NCBI GenBank assembly: GCA_963766295.1
Contig: CAVXYW010000001.1
Coordinates: 196,364 to 260,363 of the forward strand
Reading direction: 5' to 3'
Source: an uncultured Actinomycetes bacterium
Lineage (GTDB): Bacteria > Actinomycetota > JAICYB01
Length of the DNA stretch: 64,000 nt
The notes under the pieces are model-generated. The model was not told the origin of the DNA. It worked only from the letters and a program-made list of their open reading frames with translations, and did not search any database. The first letter of the stretch is position 1. The number at the start of each line of letters is the position of its first letter. The position numbers and the translations under genes were made by a program. Positions 63,460 through 64,000 of the stretch are shown here, piece by piece.

Positions 63460-64000
63460 CGTCCCCAGCGCTCGCCGAAAACGCATCGGCCGCCGTCATT
63501 GACGGCTTCGCGTCCAAGTAACGCTTCGCCGTCCGGAAGCCGAGCGTATATCCGGTCCAGTTCGCGAAATCGCTGGCGCCGAAGAACCAGCGGGCGTGGT
63601 CCTCGACGTCGTAGGACTGGTCAAGCACCGGTCGAGCTTTGTTCCACGCGTCCCGTTCTTGCTCGACTGAGATCGCGTCAGTCCACGGAGCTTTGACGTC
63701 CGGATAGACCTCAGACGCATACGCGTCCGCCAAACCTTCGCTCACGAGTGCATGACGCAGGGTCCTCCCGTAACCCGGCCCGCTTCGGATCCGCTTGCTG
63801 TGGTGGAGCTCATGGGCAAGCTGAGCCGGCAGCCAGTGGGTGAGGCTTTGTTTCAAGCCGATCGAGGTGGCGGGATCGACCGTCATGTCGATGTCGCCGG
63901 ACGCGGGGTCGGTGAACCCCACCAGTCCGGCTTGAGGGATGACCATCCGTCCGACCTTGAAAGCGATCGTCGCCGGCTCCGGATCGAGCGTCGACTCGAT
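63434..64000 (-). CDS. DUF2268-like predicted zinc protease (HExxH), N-terminus probably beyond the window
   Basis: LAHELHH motif. The reading frame stays open upstream of ATG 63946 to the window end. Confidence 0.55.
   Translation of the reverse strand: MESTLDPEPATIAFKVGRMVIPQAGLVGFTDPASGDIDMTVDPATSIGLKQSLTHWLPAQLAHELHHSKRIRSGPGYGRTLRHALVSEGLADAYASEVYPDVKAPWTDAISVEQERDAWNKARPVLDQSYDVEDHARWFFGASDFANWTGYTLGFRTAKRYLDAKPSMTAADAFSASAGDVSAFGGSS

Noticed and set aside
1-64000. Mobile elements, prophage, defence islands, CRISPR arrays, tRNA or rRNA genes
   Set aside because: I found no integrase, transposase, nuclease or helicase signatures, no repeat-spacer arrays and no tRNA-like T-arm motifs (GGTTCGAATCC type). 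Gene content is metabolic and housekeeping throughout.

Overview
GC-rich, gene-dense chromosomal window, with about 75 CDS and very short intergenic gaps. Many neighbouring genes overlap by ATGA or GTGA, which suggests translational coupling. The content points to Actinomycetota: mycothiol genes (mshD, mycothiol-dependent formaldehyde dehydrogenase), a MarP-type protease, PPOX/F420-class enzyme, Sdh1-type succinate dehydrogenase, SpoIID plus NlpC/P60, and an LPXTG sortase substrate. I saw no rRNA, tRNA, CRISPR, transposase, integrase or recognisable defence genes. The main theme is metal and cofactor homeostasis. It includes znuABC with zur and a Zur box, a NicO Ni/Co transporter next to a Fur/Nur-like regulator, and a DtxR-family regulator, multicopper oxidase and ZIP transporter operon. 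The best candidate for a novel system is a cobalamin riboswitch (about 27127-27300). It controls two coupled surface-protein genes that together resemble a split transcobalamin/intrinsic factor: a wall-anchored alpha/alpha-barrel protein and a membrane-anchored DUF4430 protein. A second notable point is six apparent frameshifts in four genes, all between 23.3 and 32.3 kb and all at short G/C runs (Fur-like, DtxR-like, multicopper oxidase, UPF0173 hydrolase). Every other long ORF in the window is intact. Other unusual items are a single 703-aa polypeptide fusing an M50 site-2 protease and CBS pair to a PDZ/Lon-type serine protease, an sdpR-sdpI-arfB operon, an orphan clpP, a pore-loop channel-like protein, four APH-like kinase paralogues and a coupled 38-codon ORF. 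All calls come from reading the ORF translations and the DNA by eye. No searches or computations were run, and GC content was not calculated.
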